A stretch of DNA of 64,000 bases from Escherichia coli (GTDB lineage: Bacteria > Pseudomonadota > Gammaproteobacteria > Enterobacterales > Enterobacteriaceae), in the NCBI RefSeq assembly GCF_044647545.1, contig NZ_CP172818.1; one strand, given 5' to 3'. This document shows, piece by piece, positions 20,777 to 37,426 of this stretch. Under the pieces are notes generated by a model. It was not told where the DNA came from. It did no database searches and saw only the letters and a list, made by a program, of their open reading frames with translations. Numbering within the stretch: position 1 is the first letter of the stretch; each line of letters begins with the position of its first letter. The translations under genes and the position numbers were made by a program.

Positions 20777-21436
20777 ATGTATCAACATCACAACTGGCAA
20801 GGTGCGCTGCTGGATTATCCGGTGAGTAAAGTAGTCTGTGTTGGCAGTAACTATGCCAACCATATTAAAGAGATGGGCAGCGCAGTGCCCGAAGAGCCAG
20901 TGCTGTTTATTAAACCAGAAACGGCACTGTGCGATCTGCGGCAGCCATTGGCGATCCCATCCGATTTCGGTTCAGTTCATCATGAAGTCGAACTGGCGGT
21001 ATTGATTGGCGCGACGCTGCGTCAGGCTACGGAAGAGCATGTCCGCAAAGCCATTGCCGGTTATGGCGTGGCGCTCGATCTGACATTGCGTGATGTTCAG
21101 GGAAAAATGAAGAAAGCCGGGCAGCCGTGGGAAAAGGCTAAAGCGTTTGACAACTCTTGTCCGCTTTCCGGGTTTATTCCCACGGCGGAATTTACCGGCG
21201 ACCCGCAAAATACAACGCTGGGCCTGAGCGTAAACGGCGAACAACGCCAGCAAGGTACGACTGCGGACATGATCCATAAAATCGTTCCGCTGATCGCTTA
21301 TATGAGCAAGTTCTTTACCCTCAAGGCCGGTGACGTTGTGCTGACAGGCACGCCTGATGGCGTCGGCCCGTTGCAAAGCGGTGATGAGCTGACAGTCACT
21401 TTTGATGGGCATTCTTTGACAACTCGCGTTTTGTAA
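20777..21436 (+). CDS. ycgM: FAH-family hydrolase/oxaloacetate decarboxylase YcgM
   Basis: 219-aa ORF with fumarylacetoacetate hydrolase-family features. Confidence 0.85.
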
Positions 21437-21512
21437 TACTTTTTGCCGCCTGAAAGCGACGGCAAAACTTGCATCGCTGTGCCAGACTGGTTATAAGGTG
21501 CGTTTTAACGTA

Positions 21513-21974
21513 ATGGCGGAACACCTGATGAGCGATGTACCTTTCTGGCAAAGTAAAACCCTGGACGAAATGAGCGATGCGGAATGGGAGTCGTTGTGTG
21601 ATGGTTGCGGTCAGTGTTGCCTGCATAAACTGATGGATGAAGACACCGACGAAATCTACTTCACTAACGTCGCCTGTCGCCAGCTCAATATTAAAACCTG
21701 TCAATGTCGGAACTACGAACGTCGTTTCGAGTTTGAACCTGACTGCATTAAATTAACCCGTGAAAATCTGCCAACATTCGAATGGCTGCCAATGACCTGC
21801 GCTTATCGCTTGCTGGCGGAAGGTAAAGATTTACCTGCGTGGCATCCGCTGCTTACTGGTTCGAAAGCGGCAATGCATGGCGAACGTATCTCTGTGCGTC
21901 ATATCGCAGTGAAAGAATCAGAAGTGATTGACTGGCAGGATCATATCTTAAATAAACCTGACTGGGCGCAGTGA
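21513..21974 (+). CDS. ycgN: UPF0260 cysteine-rich protein YcgN (start codon uncertain among 21498/21513/21528)
   Basis: ORF with CDGCGQCC...C...CQC motif. Confidence 0.75.
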
Positions 21975-22180
21975 TAAATTTAATAGATGTTGATGGGGGC
22001 TTTCTTAATATACGTCTGGATGCTCGCCATTTCGTAGCCCTGTTTTTGAAAGCGCTCTGTCATAATGAGAGTTACCCGATACCTTATTATCAACAGGTAA
22101 CTCTCAATCTTTAAAAAACGTCTGTATTTTTAAATGTGATAAACTTTATACCTTGAGTACATGGAGAGAATAATCGCTGA

Positions 22181-23092
22181 TCAGACTTCAGGTACCTCAA
22201 AGAGTGTCTTCTTACCGTGTCTTTTCTGATACTCATTACAGGTGTTAATCATTTTTTTGGCCGCTTCTTTTAGCAAAGAAAGCATTAAATCATCATAATC
22301 AACGTAGAATCTGGTTGTTTCAGTTTCCGTTTTTATCTCCCCGATGGCGGCTATTTCGGTGGTTAATTTCAATTTGGCGGCATCGATATCTTTATTCGCT
22401 TGTTTAACCGTGTTAGACAGGGTGGTAAAGAAACTCTGCACAGATTTTAACTTGTTCTTCAATTCTGGAATCAGTTTCCCTTCAACTACGCCCGCAGCAA
22501 TAGAATAGGAAATGATTAAACCAAATGGACCGGCGACGACACCGGCTGCGGCACCGGCATACGCTTCCTTCCTGATTTTATCTACCTGTGACTGGAAATA
22601 GCTGCTTTTTTCTGAAAAATCATTGGTTAACTGGCTATCTAACGCCAGCAGTTTCCCGGAAGCGTTGTTGAAACTTTGTGAGCTTACCAGCAGGGATTTT
22701 TGCGCTTCATTCAGCTTCGTGATACCGTCATCCAGTACCTTAATGAGAATGTCTTTCTGGGCGGATGCTTTCTTCTCATTGTACTCATCAAATAGCAAAA
22801 TATACGCTGCGAGCAATTGCGTCGCAACACCACACCATTCATACACTGTTTGGGTTGCTTCAAAATACTTATCCTGGCTATCCATAAGTAAGGTTTTAAT
22901 ATCGCCAACTAAAACGGAGGCTGCCTGTGAATACTCCTGTTTAAAGCGACTTAACTCTTTTATGGTTTCATCAAAGGTCTGCCAGGGGATGACCTGATCG
23001 AGATATTTATTATAAAGATCTAATGCTCCATCTGCGGTTTCGATTGCGTTTTTAACTACCTCTACCGTTTTATCTGCAACGATTTCAGTCAT
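22181..23092 (-). CDS. hlyE: Pore-forming hemolysin E (ClyA)
   Basis: 303 aa from ATG 23092 (MTEIVADKTVEVVKNAIETADGALDLYNKYLDQVIPWQTF...). Confidence 0.9.
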   Translation of the reverse strand: MTEIVADKTVEVVKNAIETADGALDLYNKYLDQVIPWQTFDETIKELSRFKQEYSQAASVLVGDIKTLLMDSQDKYFEATQTVYEWCGVATQLLAAYILLFDEYNEKKASAQKDILIKVLDDGITKLNEAQKSLLVSSQSFNNASGKLLALDSQLTNDFSEKSSYFQSQVDKIRKEAYAGAAAGVVAGPFGLIISYSIAAGVVEGKLIPELKNKLKSVQSFFTTLSNTVKQANKDIDAAKLKLTTEIAAIGEIKTETETTRFYVDYDDLMLSLLKEAAKKMINTCNEYQKRHGKKTLFEVPEV

Positions 23093-23424
23093 AATCATTC
23101 GCCTCTTTAAATATATAAATTGTAATGAAACTCCTGTTTTACAACTATTAAAGAATTTTACTTCATCTAATTCATAGTTAGCCGGGCGGGATGCGTCAAT
23201 GTCTTTATTTCTATTAATATGATAAATATCAAACAATGTTTAATGTCATTATGGCTGATGCTTCTATTCTATTTTTTAGCCGGGTGATATTTTTCATTTC
23301 TGCTGGATGAGCGTCGTCGCCAGAAGGCGCGTGAGCACAGGATAAGAGAACGAAAAATCAGCAGTCTATGCAGCGACAAATATTGATAGCCTGAATCAGT
23401 ATTGATCTGCTGGTAAGAACAGAC

Positions 23425-23444
23425 TACTGTATATAAAAACAGTA
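23425..23444. promoter_or_regulatory. LexA (SOS) box of umuDC
   Basis: taCTGTatataaaaaCAGta palindrome 20 bp upstream of umuD ATG. Confidence 0.85.
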
Positions 23445-23463
23445 TAACTTCAGGCAGATTATT

Positions 23464-23883
23464 ATGTTGTTTATCAAGCCTGCGGATCTCCGCGAAATTG
23501 TGACTTTTCCGCTATTTAGCGATCTTGTTCAGTGTGGCTTTCCTTCACCGGCCGCAGATTACATTGAACAGCGCATCGATCTGAATCAACTGTTGATCCA
23601 GCATCCCAGCGCGACTTACTTCGTCAAAGCAAGTGGTGATTCTATGATTGATGGTGGAATTAGTGACGGTGATTTACTGATTGTCGATAGCGCTATTACC
23701 GCCAGCCATGGTGATATTGTCATCGCTGCTGTTGACGGCGAGTTTACGGTGAAAAAATTGCAACTACGCCCGACGGTACAGCTTATTCCCATGAACAGCG
23801 CGTACTCGCCCATTACCATCAGTAGTGAAGATACGCTGGATGTCTTTGGTGTGGTGATCCACGTCGTTAAGGCGATGCGCTGA
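23464..23883 (+). CDS. umuD: DNA polymerase V subunit UmuD
   Basis: 139-aa ORF. Confidence 0.95.
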   Translation: MLFIKPADLREIVTFPLFSDLVQCGFPSPAADYIEQRIDLNQLLIQHPSATYFVKASGDSMIDGGISDGDLLIVDSAITASHGDIVIAAVDGEFTVKKLQLRPTVQLIPMNSAYSPITISSEDTLDVFGVVIHVVKAMR

Positions 23884-25151
23884 TGTTTGCCCTCTGTGAT
23901 GTAAACGCGTTTTATGCCAGCTGTGAGACGGTGTTTCGCCCTGATTTATGGGGTAAACCAGTGGTTGTGCTATCGAATAATGACGGTTGCGTTATCGCCC
24001 GAAACGCTGAGGCAAAGGCGCTGGGTGTTAAAATGGGCGATCCCTGGTTCAAACAAAAAGATCTGTTTCGTCGCTGTGGCGTGGTTTGCTTTAGCAGCAA
24101 TTATGAGCTTTACGCAGACATGAGCAATCGGGTGATGTCGACGCTGGAAGAACTATCGCCCCGCGTCGAGATTTACAGTATTGATGAGGCATTCTGCGAT
24201 CTGACCGGTGTGCGTAATTGTCGCGATCTGACTGATTTTGGCAGAGAAATTCGCGCAACGGTGCTACAACGAACCCATCTTACTGTTGGTGTGGGGATCG
24301 CCCAGACCAAAACGCTGGCTAAGCTTGCCAATCATGCGGCAAAAAAATGGCAGCGGCAGACGGGTGGGGTGGTGGATTTATCAAATCTGGAACGCCAGCG
24401 TAAATTAATGTCTGCTCTCCCCGTGGATGAAGTCTGGGGGATTGGACGGCGGATCAGCAAAAAACTGGATGCGATGGGGATCAAAACCGTTCTCGATTTG
24501 GCGGATACAGATATCCGGTTTATCCGTAAACATTTTAATGTCGTGCTCGAAAGAACGGTGCGTGAACTGCGCGGCGAACCCTGTTTGCAACTGGAAGAGT
24601 TTGCACCGACGAAGCAGGAAATTATCTGTTCCCGTTCGTTTGGTGAACGCATCACGGATTATACGTCGATGCGGCAGGCCATTTGTAGTTACGCTGCCCG
24701 GGCGGCGGAAAAACTTCGCAGCGAGCATCAATATTGTCGGTTTATCTCCACGTTTATTAAGACGTCACCATTTGCGCTCAATGAACCTTATTACGGCAAT
24801 AGCGCGTCGGTAAAACTGCTGACGCCCACTCAGGACAGCAGGGATATCATTAACGCCGCTACGCGATCTCTGGATGCCATCTGGCAAGCGGGCCATCGTT
24901 ATCAAAAAGCGGGCGTGATGCTGGGGGATTTCTTCAGTCAGGGAGTCGCGCAGCTCAATTTATTCGATGACAACGCACCGCGCCCCGGGAGTGAGCAATT
25001 GATGGCGGTAATGGATACGCTAAATGCTAAAGAGGGCAGAGGAACACTCTATTTTGTCGGGCAGGGGATCCAGCAACAATGGCAGATGAAGCGTGCCATG
25101 CTTTCACCACGTTATACAACGCGAAGTTCTGATTTACTGCGGGTCAAATAA
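23883..25151 (+). CDS. umuC: DNA polymerase V catalytic subunit UmuC
   Basis: 422-aa ORF; start overlaps umuD stop. Confidence 0.95.
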   Translation: MFALCDVNAFYASCETVFRPDLWGKPVVVLSNNDGCVIARNAEAKALGVKMGDPWFKQKDLFRRCGVVCFSSNYELYADMSNRVMSTLEELSPRVEIYSIDEAFCDLTGVRNCRDLTDFGREIRATVLQRTHLTVGVGIAQTKTLAKLANHAAKKWQRQTGGVVDLSNLERQRKLMSALPVDEVWGIGRRISKKLDAMGIKTVLDLADTDIRFIRKHFNVVLERTVRELRGEPCLQLEEFAPTKQEIICSRSFGERITDYTSMRQAICSYAARAAEKLRSEHQYCRFISTFIKTSPFALNEPYYGNSASVKLLTPTQDSRDIINAATRSLDAIWQAGHRYQKAGVMLGDFFSQGVAQLNLFDDNAPRPGSEQLMAVMDTLNAKEGRGTLYFVGQGIQQQWQMKRAMLSPRYTTRSSDLLRVK

Positions 25152-25196
25152 ACATAGCGGCAGGAAAAAAGCGCTCCCGCAGGAGCGCTGAATGGA

Positions 25197-25727
25197 TTAG
25201 CGACCGAACAGGTCACGTTTTTTCGCTTTAAACGGCTGGGAAATCACCACCAGCACCGCGACAATCAGGTAAGCGATAAAAATACCGAGCAACCACTGCG
25301 GCATTTCCAGACCTAAAAAATCCCACTGACGCTCGGCACAATCGCCAGAGGCGACAAACACTTGCGGCACCCATTTATCCAGCGGCAGCCATTCCGGGAA
25401 ACGAACCATAAAATCACAGGTGGCAAACGGCGAAGGATAGAGCTGAAGCATGGTGTGCTCGTAAGTTAACTGCACACCGCGGAACGCACTATACAACCAG
25501 ATAACCATCGCTACATAACGCAGTGGCGTTTTTGGGGCGATCGCGCCAATCAGCGCAGCACCCAGAACGCCGAATAATGCGCAGCGTTCATAAATACAGA
25601 GCACGCAAGGTTTCAGTAACATCACATGCTGGAACCACAGCGCCGTCAGTTCCAGTGCCAGAGCAGTAAACGCCATCAACAGCCACGCGCCCCGGCCTTG
25701 TGAACATTGGTTCAAAAATCGCAACAT
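25197..25727 (-). CDS. dsbB: Disulfide oxidoreductase DsbB
   Basis: 176 aa from ATG 25727 ([17 protein letters not shown]...). Confidence 0.9.
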   Translation of the reverse strand: MLRFLNQCSQGRGAWLLMAFTALALELTALWFQHVMLLKPCVLCIYERCALFGVLGAALIGAIAPKTPLRYVAMVIWLYSAFRGVQLTYEHTMLQLYPSPFATCDFMVRFPEWLPLDKWVPQVFVASGDCAERQWDFLGLEMPQWLLGIFIAYLIVAVLVVISQPFKAKKRDLFGR

Positions 25728-25872
25728 AATCATTTCCCTGCAATATGCATAGAGTGCGCAGTTTAAACCAATTCATTCGCTGCGCCACCAGGAGGCAGCA
25801 AAAATAGGACGCAATTGGACAATTATCGGGCGAAAAGGCAAACCGGGCATTTATATGCCCGGTAAGTTGTTA

Positions 25873-27414
25873 TCAAAGCGTTGCTATCCAGCCCATTTGC
25901 ATAAACCATTCGGTTACAGGGGCAAGCGTAAACTCGACGCAGAGCAGTCCGACGAGTGTCAGTACGAGGGTGTAAGGCAGGGCCATCCACACCATGCGGC
26001 CATAAGAGAGGCGAATCAATGGCGCGAGTGCAGAGGTCAGCAGGAACAGGAACGCAGCCTGACCGTTCGGTGTAGCGACAGAGGGCAGATTGGTACCGGT
26101 ATTAATGGCGACCGCCAGCAGCTCGTATTGCTTCAACGTGATAGCGCCACTTTCCATTGCCGCTTTCGCTTCGTTGATATAAATCGTCCCCACGAAGACA
26201 TTATCCGAAATGGATGACAGCAGGCCGTTAAAAATATAGAACAACGACAGCTGGGCGTGTTCCGATGCCTGTAGGACAAAATGAATGATTGGTGAGAACA
26301 GTTGCTGATCAATAATTACCGCGACGACCGAGAAAAAGACAGTCAACAGTGCGGTGAATGGCAGAGATTCGGTGAAGGCTTTACCGATAGCATGTTCATC
26401 AGTGACACCAGTCAATGATGTCGCCAGAATAATGACCGACAAACCAATCAGGCCAACCTCCGCCAGATGCAACGCCAGCGCGGTGACCAGCCAGACGCCG
26501 ATAATCGCCTGGACAATCAGACGAATTTTATCCTGACGGGTACGCTGGTGGCGACTTTGATCGTCAAACTGTTGCAGCACTTCGCGGACTTTCTCCGGCA
26601 GCGTTTCGCCGTAGCCAAAACAACGCAGCTTCTCCACCAGCAGGCAGGTCAACAGGCCACAAATCAGAACCGGAACGGTCACTGGCGACATGCGCAGGAA
26701 GAAATCGCCAAAATGCCAGCCAGCTGCTTTAGCGATGATCAAGTTCTGTGGTTCGCCCACCATGGTCATCACGCCGCCTAATGCGGTGCCAACACCGGCA
26801 TGCATCATCAGGCTGCGCAAAAAGCCACGGAACTGTTCCAGAACCACTTTGTAATGCTTGTCGATATGACTATCGTCTTGCAGGTCGGTATCTTCAGTAC
26901 GGGAAGAGGCAACACGATGATAAATACCATAAAAACCGACTGCGACGCTGATCACCACCGCCACGACGGTTAAGGCATCGAGGAACGCGGAGAGGAACGC
27001 CGCCGCCATGCAAAAAGAGAGCGACAGCAGCATTTTGGAGCGAATGCTTAGCAGCAAACGGGTAAATATGAACAGCAACAGCTGTTTCATAAAATAGATA
27101 CCCGCCACCATAAACATCAGTAACAGCAAGACTTCAAGATTCGCCGCCACCTCTTCACGAACATGTTCCGCGCTGGTCATGCCGATGAATACCGCTTCGA
27201 TAGCCAACAGACCACCGGGGAGCAGCGGATAGCATTTGAGGGCCATCGCCAGAGTGAAAATAAATTCCGCCACCAGCAGCCAACCGGCAACAAAGGGGCT
27301 GATGATGAAAATTAACGGATTAAGAATTAAGAAAATAATGAGGGCGAGTTTGTACCAGTCGGGGGACTGGCCCAAAAAATTGCGCCATAGCGCACGGCCC
27401 CAGGAGATCTCCAT
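25873..27414 (-). CDS. nhaB: Na+/H+ antiporter NhaB
   Basis: 513 aa from ATG 27414 ([23 protein letters not shown]...). Confidence 0.9.
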   Translation of the reverse strand: MEISWGRALWRNFLGQSPDWYKLALIIFLILNPLIFIISPFVAGWLLVAEFIFTLAMALKCYPLLPGGLLAIEAVFIGMTSAEHVREEVAANLEVLLLLMFMVAGIYFMKQLLLFIFTRLLLSIRSKMLLSLSFCMAAAFLSAFLDALTVVAVVISVAVGFYGIYHRVASSRTEDTDLQDDSHIDKHYKVVLEQFRGFLRSLMMHAGVGTALGGVMTMVGEPQNLIIAKAAGWHFGDFFLRMSPVTVPVLICGLLTCLLVEKLRCFGYGETLPEKVREVLQQFDDQSRHQRTRQDKIRLIVQAIIGVWLVTALALHLAEVGLIGLSVIILATSLTGVTDEHAIGKAFTESLPFTALLTVFFSVVAVIIDQQLFSPIIHFVLQASEHAQLSLFYIFNGLLSSISDNVFVGTIYINEAKAAMESGAITLKQYELLAVAINTGTNLPSVATPNGQAAFLFLLTSALAPLIRLSYGRMVWMALPYTLVLTLVGLLCVEFTLAPVTEWFMQMGWIATL

Positions 27415-27636
27415 GATGGTTTCCCTTACCTTAGAAATAATCAATGATGTTTTTATCTTAGAACGCAAAGCTTAACGGTCAGGAGGGGATCGAGGCAAGT
27501 GTTGATGGTCTGGAGAAAAGAGATGTAGAAAATGAAGCCTTGATCCCTTTTTTCTTCTTTTTGTGTGCTATCAGCGTAGATAGCCCTCTGGTATGATGAG
27601 TCCAACTTTGTTTTGCTGTGTTATGGAAATCTCACT

Positions 27637-28356
27637 ATGGTCATTAAGGCGCAAAGCCCGGCGGGTTTCGCGGAAGAGTACATTATTGAAAGTATCTGGA
27701 ATAACCGCTTCCCTCCCGGGACTATTTTGCCCGCAGAACGTGAACTTTCAGAATTAATTGGCGTAACGCGTACTACGTTACGTGAAGTGTTACAGCGTCT
27801 GGCACGAGATGGCTGGTTGACCATTCAACATGGCAAGCCGACGAAGGTGAATAATTTCTGGGAAACTTCCGGTTTAAATATCCTTGAAACACTGGCGCGA
27901 CTGGATCACGAAAGTGTGCCGCAGCTTATTGATAATTTGCTGTCGGTGCGTACCAATATTTCCACTATTTTTATTCGCACCGCGTTTCGTCAGCATCCCG
28001 ATAAAGCGCAGGAAGTGCTGGCTACCGCTAATGAAGTGGCCGATCACGCCGATGCCTTTGCCGAGCTGGATTACAACATATTCCGCGGTCTGGCGTTTGC
28101 TTCCGGCAACCCGATTTACGGTCTGATCCTTAACGGGATGAAAGGGCTGTATACGCGCATTGGTCGTCACTATTTCGCCAATCCGGAAGCGCGCAGTCTG
28201 GCGCTGGGTTTCTACCACAAACTGTCGGCGTTGTGCAGTGAAGGCGCACACGATCAGGTATACGAAACAGTGCGTCGCTATGGGCATGAGAGCGGCGAGA
28301 TTTGGCACCGGATGCAGAAAAATCTGCCGGGTGATTTAGCCATTCAGGGGCGATAA
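27637..28356 (+). CDS. fadR: Fatty-acid metabolism regulator FadR (GntR family)
   Basis: 239 aa from ATG 27637 ([28 protein letters not shown]...). Confidence 0.95.
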
Positions 28357-28373
28357 TCCCTTCCGTTTAAAAA

Positions 28374-28399
28374 GCAAACCCCTCAAACGAGGGGTTTTT
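28374..28399. terminator. Bidirectional terminator between fadR and ycgB
   Basis: aaacccctc-aaac-gaggggttttt, with an A-run upstream on the + strand. Confidence 0.65.
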
Positions 28400-28407
28400 G
28401 GTTGTTT

Positions 28408-29940
28408 TTACAGATTTCCCATTCTTGGCGGGCAACGTTCCAGCAACTCGACGCTGCCGTCTTCGTTTTGCTGTTCCAGCATCACATCAAATCCCCACAG
28501 GCGATGCACATGCTTCAGTACTTCTTTGCGCCCCCGATCCAGCGGTGCGCGATTATGTGGAATGTAACGCAGCGTCAGCGAACGGTCGCCGCGCAAATCC
28601 ACGTTCCAGATCTGAATATTCGGCTCCAGATTACTTAAATTATATTGCGACGATAACCGGTTACGGATCTCCCGATAACCTTCTTCATTATGAATAGCGG
28701 AAATCTCCAGATAATTATGCCGATCGTCGTCCAGCACGGTGAAGAAGCGGAAATCACGCATCACTTTCGGTGATAGGAACTGACTGATAAAGCTCTCATC
28801 TTTGAAATCACGCATCGCAAAATGTAATGTGTCCAGCCAGTCAGAACCGGCGATATCCGGGAACCAGTATTTGTCTTCTTCCGTTGGCGACTGACAAATC
28901 CGTTTAATATCCTGGAACATGGCGAACCCGAGGGCATACGGGTTGATGCCGCTGTACCACGGGCTGTTATAGGGCGGCTGGAAGACCACATTGGTGTGGC
29001 TGTGCAAAAACTCCAGCATAAAACGTTCCGTTACTTTCCCTTCATCATACAGATGGTTAAGGATGGTGTAGTGCCAGAAGGTCGCCCAGCCTTCGTTCAT
29101 CACCTGAGTCTGTTTTTGCGGATAAAAATACTGGCTCACCTTACGCACAATACGCAGGATTTCACGCTGCCATGATTCCAGCAGTGGCGCATTTTTCTCC
29201 ATAAAATAGAGCAAGTTTTCTTGTGGTTCGGACGGATAGCGGCGCGCTTCAGCAACCGTTTTCTCTTCCTCGCGCTTCGGCAGGGTACGCCAGAGCATAT
29301 TGACCTGACTTTGCAGATACTCTTCGCGACTTTTCTGCCGGGCTTTCTCTTCTTGCAGCGAGATTTTTTGCGGGCGTTTGTACCGGTCCACGCCGTAGTT
29401 CATCAGCGCGTGGCACGAGTCCAGAAGCCGTTCTACTTCATCAACGCCATAACGTTCTTCGCACTCGGTAATATATTTACGGGCAAAAATCAGATAATCG
29501 ACAATCGAACTGGCGTCGGTCCAGCTACGGAATAAGTAATTGTTTTTGAAGAAAGAGTTATGCCCATAGCAGGCGTGTGCCATCACCAGCGCTTGCATGG
29601 TAATGGTGTTTTCTTCCATCAGGTAAGCGATACACGGGTTAGAGTTAATGACGATTTCATAGGCCAGTCCTTGCTGACCGTGCTTATACAGCCGTTCAGT
29701 CTCGATAAACTTTTTACCGAATGACCAGTGCGGATAGTTAATTGGCATGCCGACGCTGGAGTAGGCATCCATCATCTGTTCTGAGGTTATCACTTCAATC
29801 TGGTGCGGGTAGGTATCCAGCCGGTAGAGTTTCGCCACCCGGTCTATCTCTGCCAGATAAACATCCAGCAGGTCGAACGTCCAGTCGGGTCCATCGCTCA
29901 AACGTGTGGTGTCCTTATTCATAGAATCGATCGTCGCCAT
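28408..29940 (-). CDS. ycgB: SpoVR-family protein YcgB
   Basis: 510-aa ORF. Confidence 0.9.
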   Translation of the reverse strand: MATIDSMNKDTTRLSDGPDWTFDLLDVYLAEIDRVAKLYRLDTYPHQIEVITSEQMMDAYSSVGMPINYPHWSFGKKFIETERLYKHGQQGLAYEIVINSNPCIAYLMEENTITMQALVMAHACYGHNSFFKNNYLFRSWTDASSIVDYLIFARKYITECEERYGVDEVERLLDSCHALMNYGVDRYKRPQKISLQEEKARQKSREEYLQSQVNMLWRTLPKREEEKTVAEARRYPSEPQENLLYFMEKNAPLLESWQREILRIVRKVSQYFYPQKQTQVMNEGWATFWHYTILNHLYDEGKVTERFMLEFLHSHTNVVFQPPYNSPWYSGINPYALGFAMFQDIKRICQSPTEEDKYWFPDIAGSDWLDTLHFAMRDFKDESFISQFLSPKVMRDFRFFTVLDDDRHNYLEISAIHNEEGYREIRNRLSSQYNLSNLEPNIQIWNVDLRGDRSLTLRYIPHNRAPLDRGRKEVLKHVHRLWGFDVMLEQQNEDGSVELLERCPPRMGNL

Positions 29941-30156
29941 ACGCGCACCTCATTGTTGTCGGCGCTCTCTGTGTGGAGCACCTCATTTCAAGCATAGAAC
30001 ACCTGTTAAAAACCGCGTCGCCGGAGAATTTTTTTCTTTGCGATTTCTTATTATTAGAGTGCCACTAATCCGCTTCTGAACGGAATTTTATGCTGGATAA
30101 AAAGGGCGTTCAGCAGGAGATACTAAAGACGCCATATTGCCGCAGAGTCAGGGAGA

Positions 30157-30172
30157 TGTGAGCCAGCTCACC
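30157..30172. promoter_or_regulatory. CRP binding site in dadAX promoter
   Basis: TGTGAgccagcTCACc matches TGTGA-N6-TCACA. Confidence 0.7.
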
Positions 30173-30224
30173 ATAAAAAAGCCATATGTTGAATAATATT
30201 TTCAACTGAGTTATCAAGATGTAA

Positions 30225-31568
<1,344 letters not shown>

Positions 31569-31577
31569 GGAAACGAG

Positions 31578-32648
31578 ATGACCCGTCCGATACAGGCCAG
31601 CCTCGATCTGCAGGCATTAAAACAGAATCTGTCCATTGTCCGGCAGGCCGCGCCGCACGCGCGCGTTTGGTCGGTGGTAAAAGCGAATGCTTACGGGCAC
31701 GGTATTGAGCGTATCTGGAGCGCGCTAGGGGCCACCGATGGCTTTGCATTACTTAATCTGGAAGAGGCAATAACGTTACGTGAGCGCGGCTGGAAAGGAC
31801 CGATCCTGATGCTGGAGGGATTTTTCCATGCACAGGATCTGGAGATTTATGACCAGTACCGCCTGACCACCTGCGTCCACAGCAACTGGCAGCTCAAAGC
31901 ACTGCAAAATGCGCGGCTAAAAGCGCCGTTGGATATTTATCTTAAAGTGAACAGTGGGATGAATCGGTTGGGCTTCCAGCCCGATCGCGTGCTTACCGTC
32001 TGGCAGCAGTTGCGGGCGATGGCGAATGTTGGCGAAATGACCCTGATGTCGCATTTTGCCGAGGCGGAACATCCTGATGGAATTTCCAGCGCGATGGCGC
32101 GTATTGAGCAGGCGGCGGAAGGGCTGGAGTGTCGGCGTTCGTTGTCCAATTCGGCGGCGACTCTGTGGCACCCGGAAGCGCATTTTGACTGGGTTCGGCC
32201 TGGCATTATTTTGTATGGCGCTTCGCCGTCCGGTCAGTGGCGTGATATCGCCAATACCGGATTACGCCCGGTGATGACGCTAAGCAGTGAGATTATTGGT
32301 GTCCAGACGCTAAAAGCGGGCGAGCGTGTGGGCTACGGCGGTCGCTATACTGCGCGCGATGAGCAGCGAATCGGCATTGTCGCCGCAGGATACGCCGACG
32401 GTTATCCGCGCCATGCGCCTACCGGTACTCCTGTTTTAGTGGACGGCGTGCGCACCATGACGGTGGGGACCGTCTCGATGGATATGCTGGCGGTTGATTT
32501 AACGCCTTGCCCGCAGGCGGGGATTGGTACGCCGGTTGAGCTGTGGGGCAAGGAGATCAAAATTGATGATGTCGCCGCCGCTGCCGGAACGGTGGGCTAT
32601 GAGTTGATGTGCGCGCTGGCGTTACGTGTCCCGGTTGTGACGGTGTAA
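31578..32648 (+). CDS. dadX: Catabolic alanine racemase DadX
   Basis: 356-aa ORF with PLP-lysine motif VVKANAYGHG. Confidence 0.95.
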   Translation: MTRPIQASLDLQALKQNLSIVRQAAPHARVWSVVKANAYGHGIERIWSALGATDGFALLNLEEAITLRERGWKGPILMLEGFFHAQDLEIYDQYRLTTCVHSNWQLKALQNARLKAPLDIYLKVNSGMNRLGFQPDRVLTVWQQLRAMANVGEMTLMSHFAEAEHPDGISSAMARIEQAAEGLECRRSLSNSAATLWHPEAHFDWVRPGIILYGASPSGQWRDIANTGLRPVMTLSSEIIGVQTLKAGERVGYGGRYTARDEQRIGIVAAGYADGYPRHAPTGTPVLVDGVRTMTVGTVSMDMLAVDLTPCPQAGIGTPVELWGKEIKIDDVAAAAGTVGYELMCALALRVPVVTV

Positions 32649-33033
32649 CTTGTTGTAAGCCGGATCGGAGGCAGCGTCTTCTGGTTGCGAAAAAATCATC
32701 CATCCGGCTGGTCAGCAACTGTAGTTGGTGATGTGACAGAGCCATTTCCCATGATAGTGTCCATTACAATGATGGACACTATTTCCCCGGAACCTGAACT
32801 CACCGCACAGGCGTTCTACATAAAACGCTTACGTTTCATTGTTGACTCGAACTCGACTTCAGATAAATCACGCTTCACCCTTGATGGAGCCTGTACATAG
32901 ATTTGTGTAATTGCCTGATTTTGATATGTTCAATTCACCTTCAAATGAAGGTGAATTTATGGCCGACAAACAATTACAGGCTCTGGCTGCGGTCAGTAAA
33001 GCATCGCATCCGGCGATAGATGCTGCATTAAAT

Positions 33034-34818
<1,785 letters not shown>

Positions 34819-34864
34819 TTAGCGGCAGAGACAGCGTTTTACTTAGCCCTGAAGCGTGATTTTT

Positions 34865-36490
<1,626 letters not shown>

Positions 36491-36491
36491 A

Positions 36492-37226
36492 TCAGTCGCG
36501 CACTTTGTCCGCTTTTTTCCGGGCTTCTCGCTCGAGAGAGAAAATAATCCGCTGTAATTGCCGCTCCACCGTCGGGCTGACGTTAAGAAAACGGAAGCTC
36601 AGACGGGGAGTGGTGATGGTTTCATTCTTGCCATCAATCACTTTGCGCTCGCTGATGGAGATTAACTGGGCGTCAAAGTGAAAAACACCCCATTGCCCCA
36701 TGTTGACTTCAATCTGAGCGAAGCGCATGCCTTCGTGCAATCCGGCAGGCTTTGCTGTTTCCAGTAATGCGCCCATGCCGCCTAACGATAAATCATACAG
36801 GCGGAAACGTAACGTACTGTTATCCGCCAGTTTGGTCTGGCAAAAATAAGGCGGATGGAGTGGGGCGGAGATGCGGAAATATCGGCGTCGTTGTACAAAC
36901 CACAAGGTGGGAGGCGGTACGGTAATAAATGCCGGAAGCTGCAAGTATTCACTCTGCTGTAGTTGTTCAACAGTAAACTCGACTTTCGCACCCTGAGTTT
37001 CGGCGGTAATGGTAATGTGCTGCGCCTTTAGCACGGCGATGTTGTCTTCGGCCTGGCTGCCGAAATCCAGCACCAGTTTATCCGGAGTTATTGCCAGTAT
37101 TTTGCTGATCAGCTGCCCGCCATTCCAGCTAATACGCAAAGGAATTGCGGCTTTGTGCAAATCGCGTAACACGCCCAGGACGGCTAACGGATTTTGTTTC
37201 AGGAACTGCTCATGGTAATGACTCAC
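36492..37226 (-). CDS. ycgR: Flagellar brake protein YcgR (PilZ domain)
   Basis: 244-aa ORF. Confidence 0.9.
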   Translation of the reverse strand: MSHYHEQFLKQNPLAVLGVLRDLHKAAIPLRISWNGGQLISKILAITPDKLVLDFGSQAEDNIAVLKAQHITITAETQGAKVEFTVEQLQQSEYLQLPAFITVPPPTLWFVQRRRYFRISAPLHPPYFCQTKLADNSTLRFRLYDLSLGGMGALLETAKPAGLHEGMRFAQIEVNMGQWGVFHFDAQLISISERKVIDGKNETITTPRLSFRFLNVSPTVERQLQRIIFSLEREARKKADKVRD

Positions 37227-37426
37227 GCGGAAAAACTCCTGACTGACAAACTGTCTTAGGTTTATCGGTCACAGTTAACAAAACTTAATACAAATGCGTG
37301 AATATTTTTTACATGTCGTTCTTAAATCAGCCGACATACGCCCAGCATCGATCCCGCCCTTGCCTATACTTAGAGCGTTGACGTAAGCATTTCTTGCGTC
37401 CGATTCATCGAAACGAGGGCCTGAAC

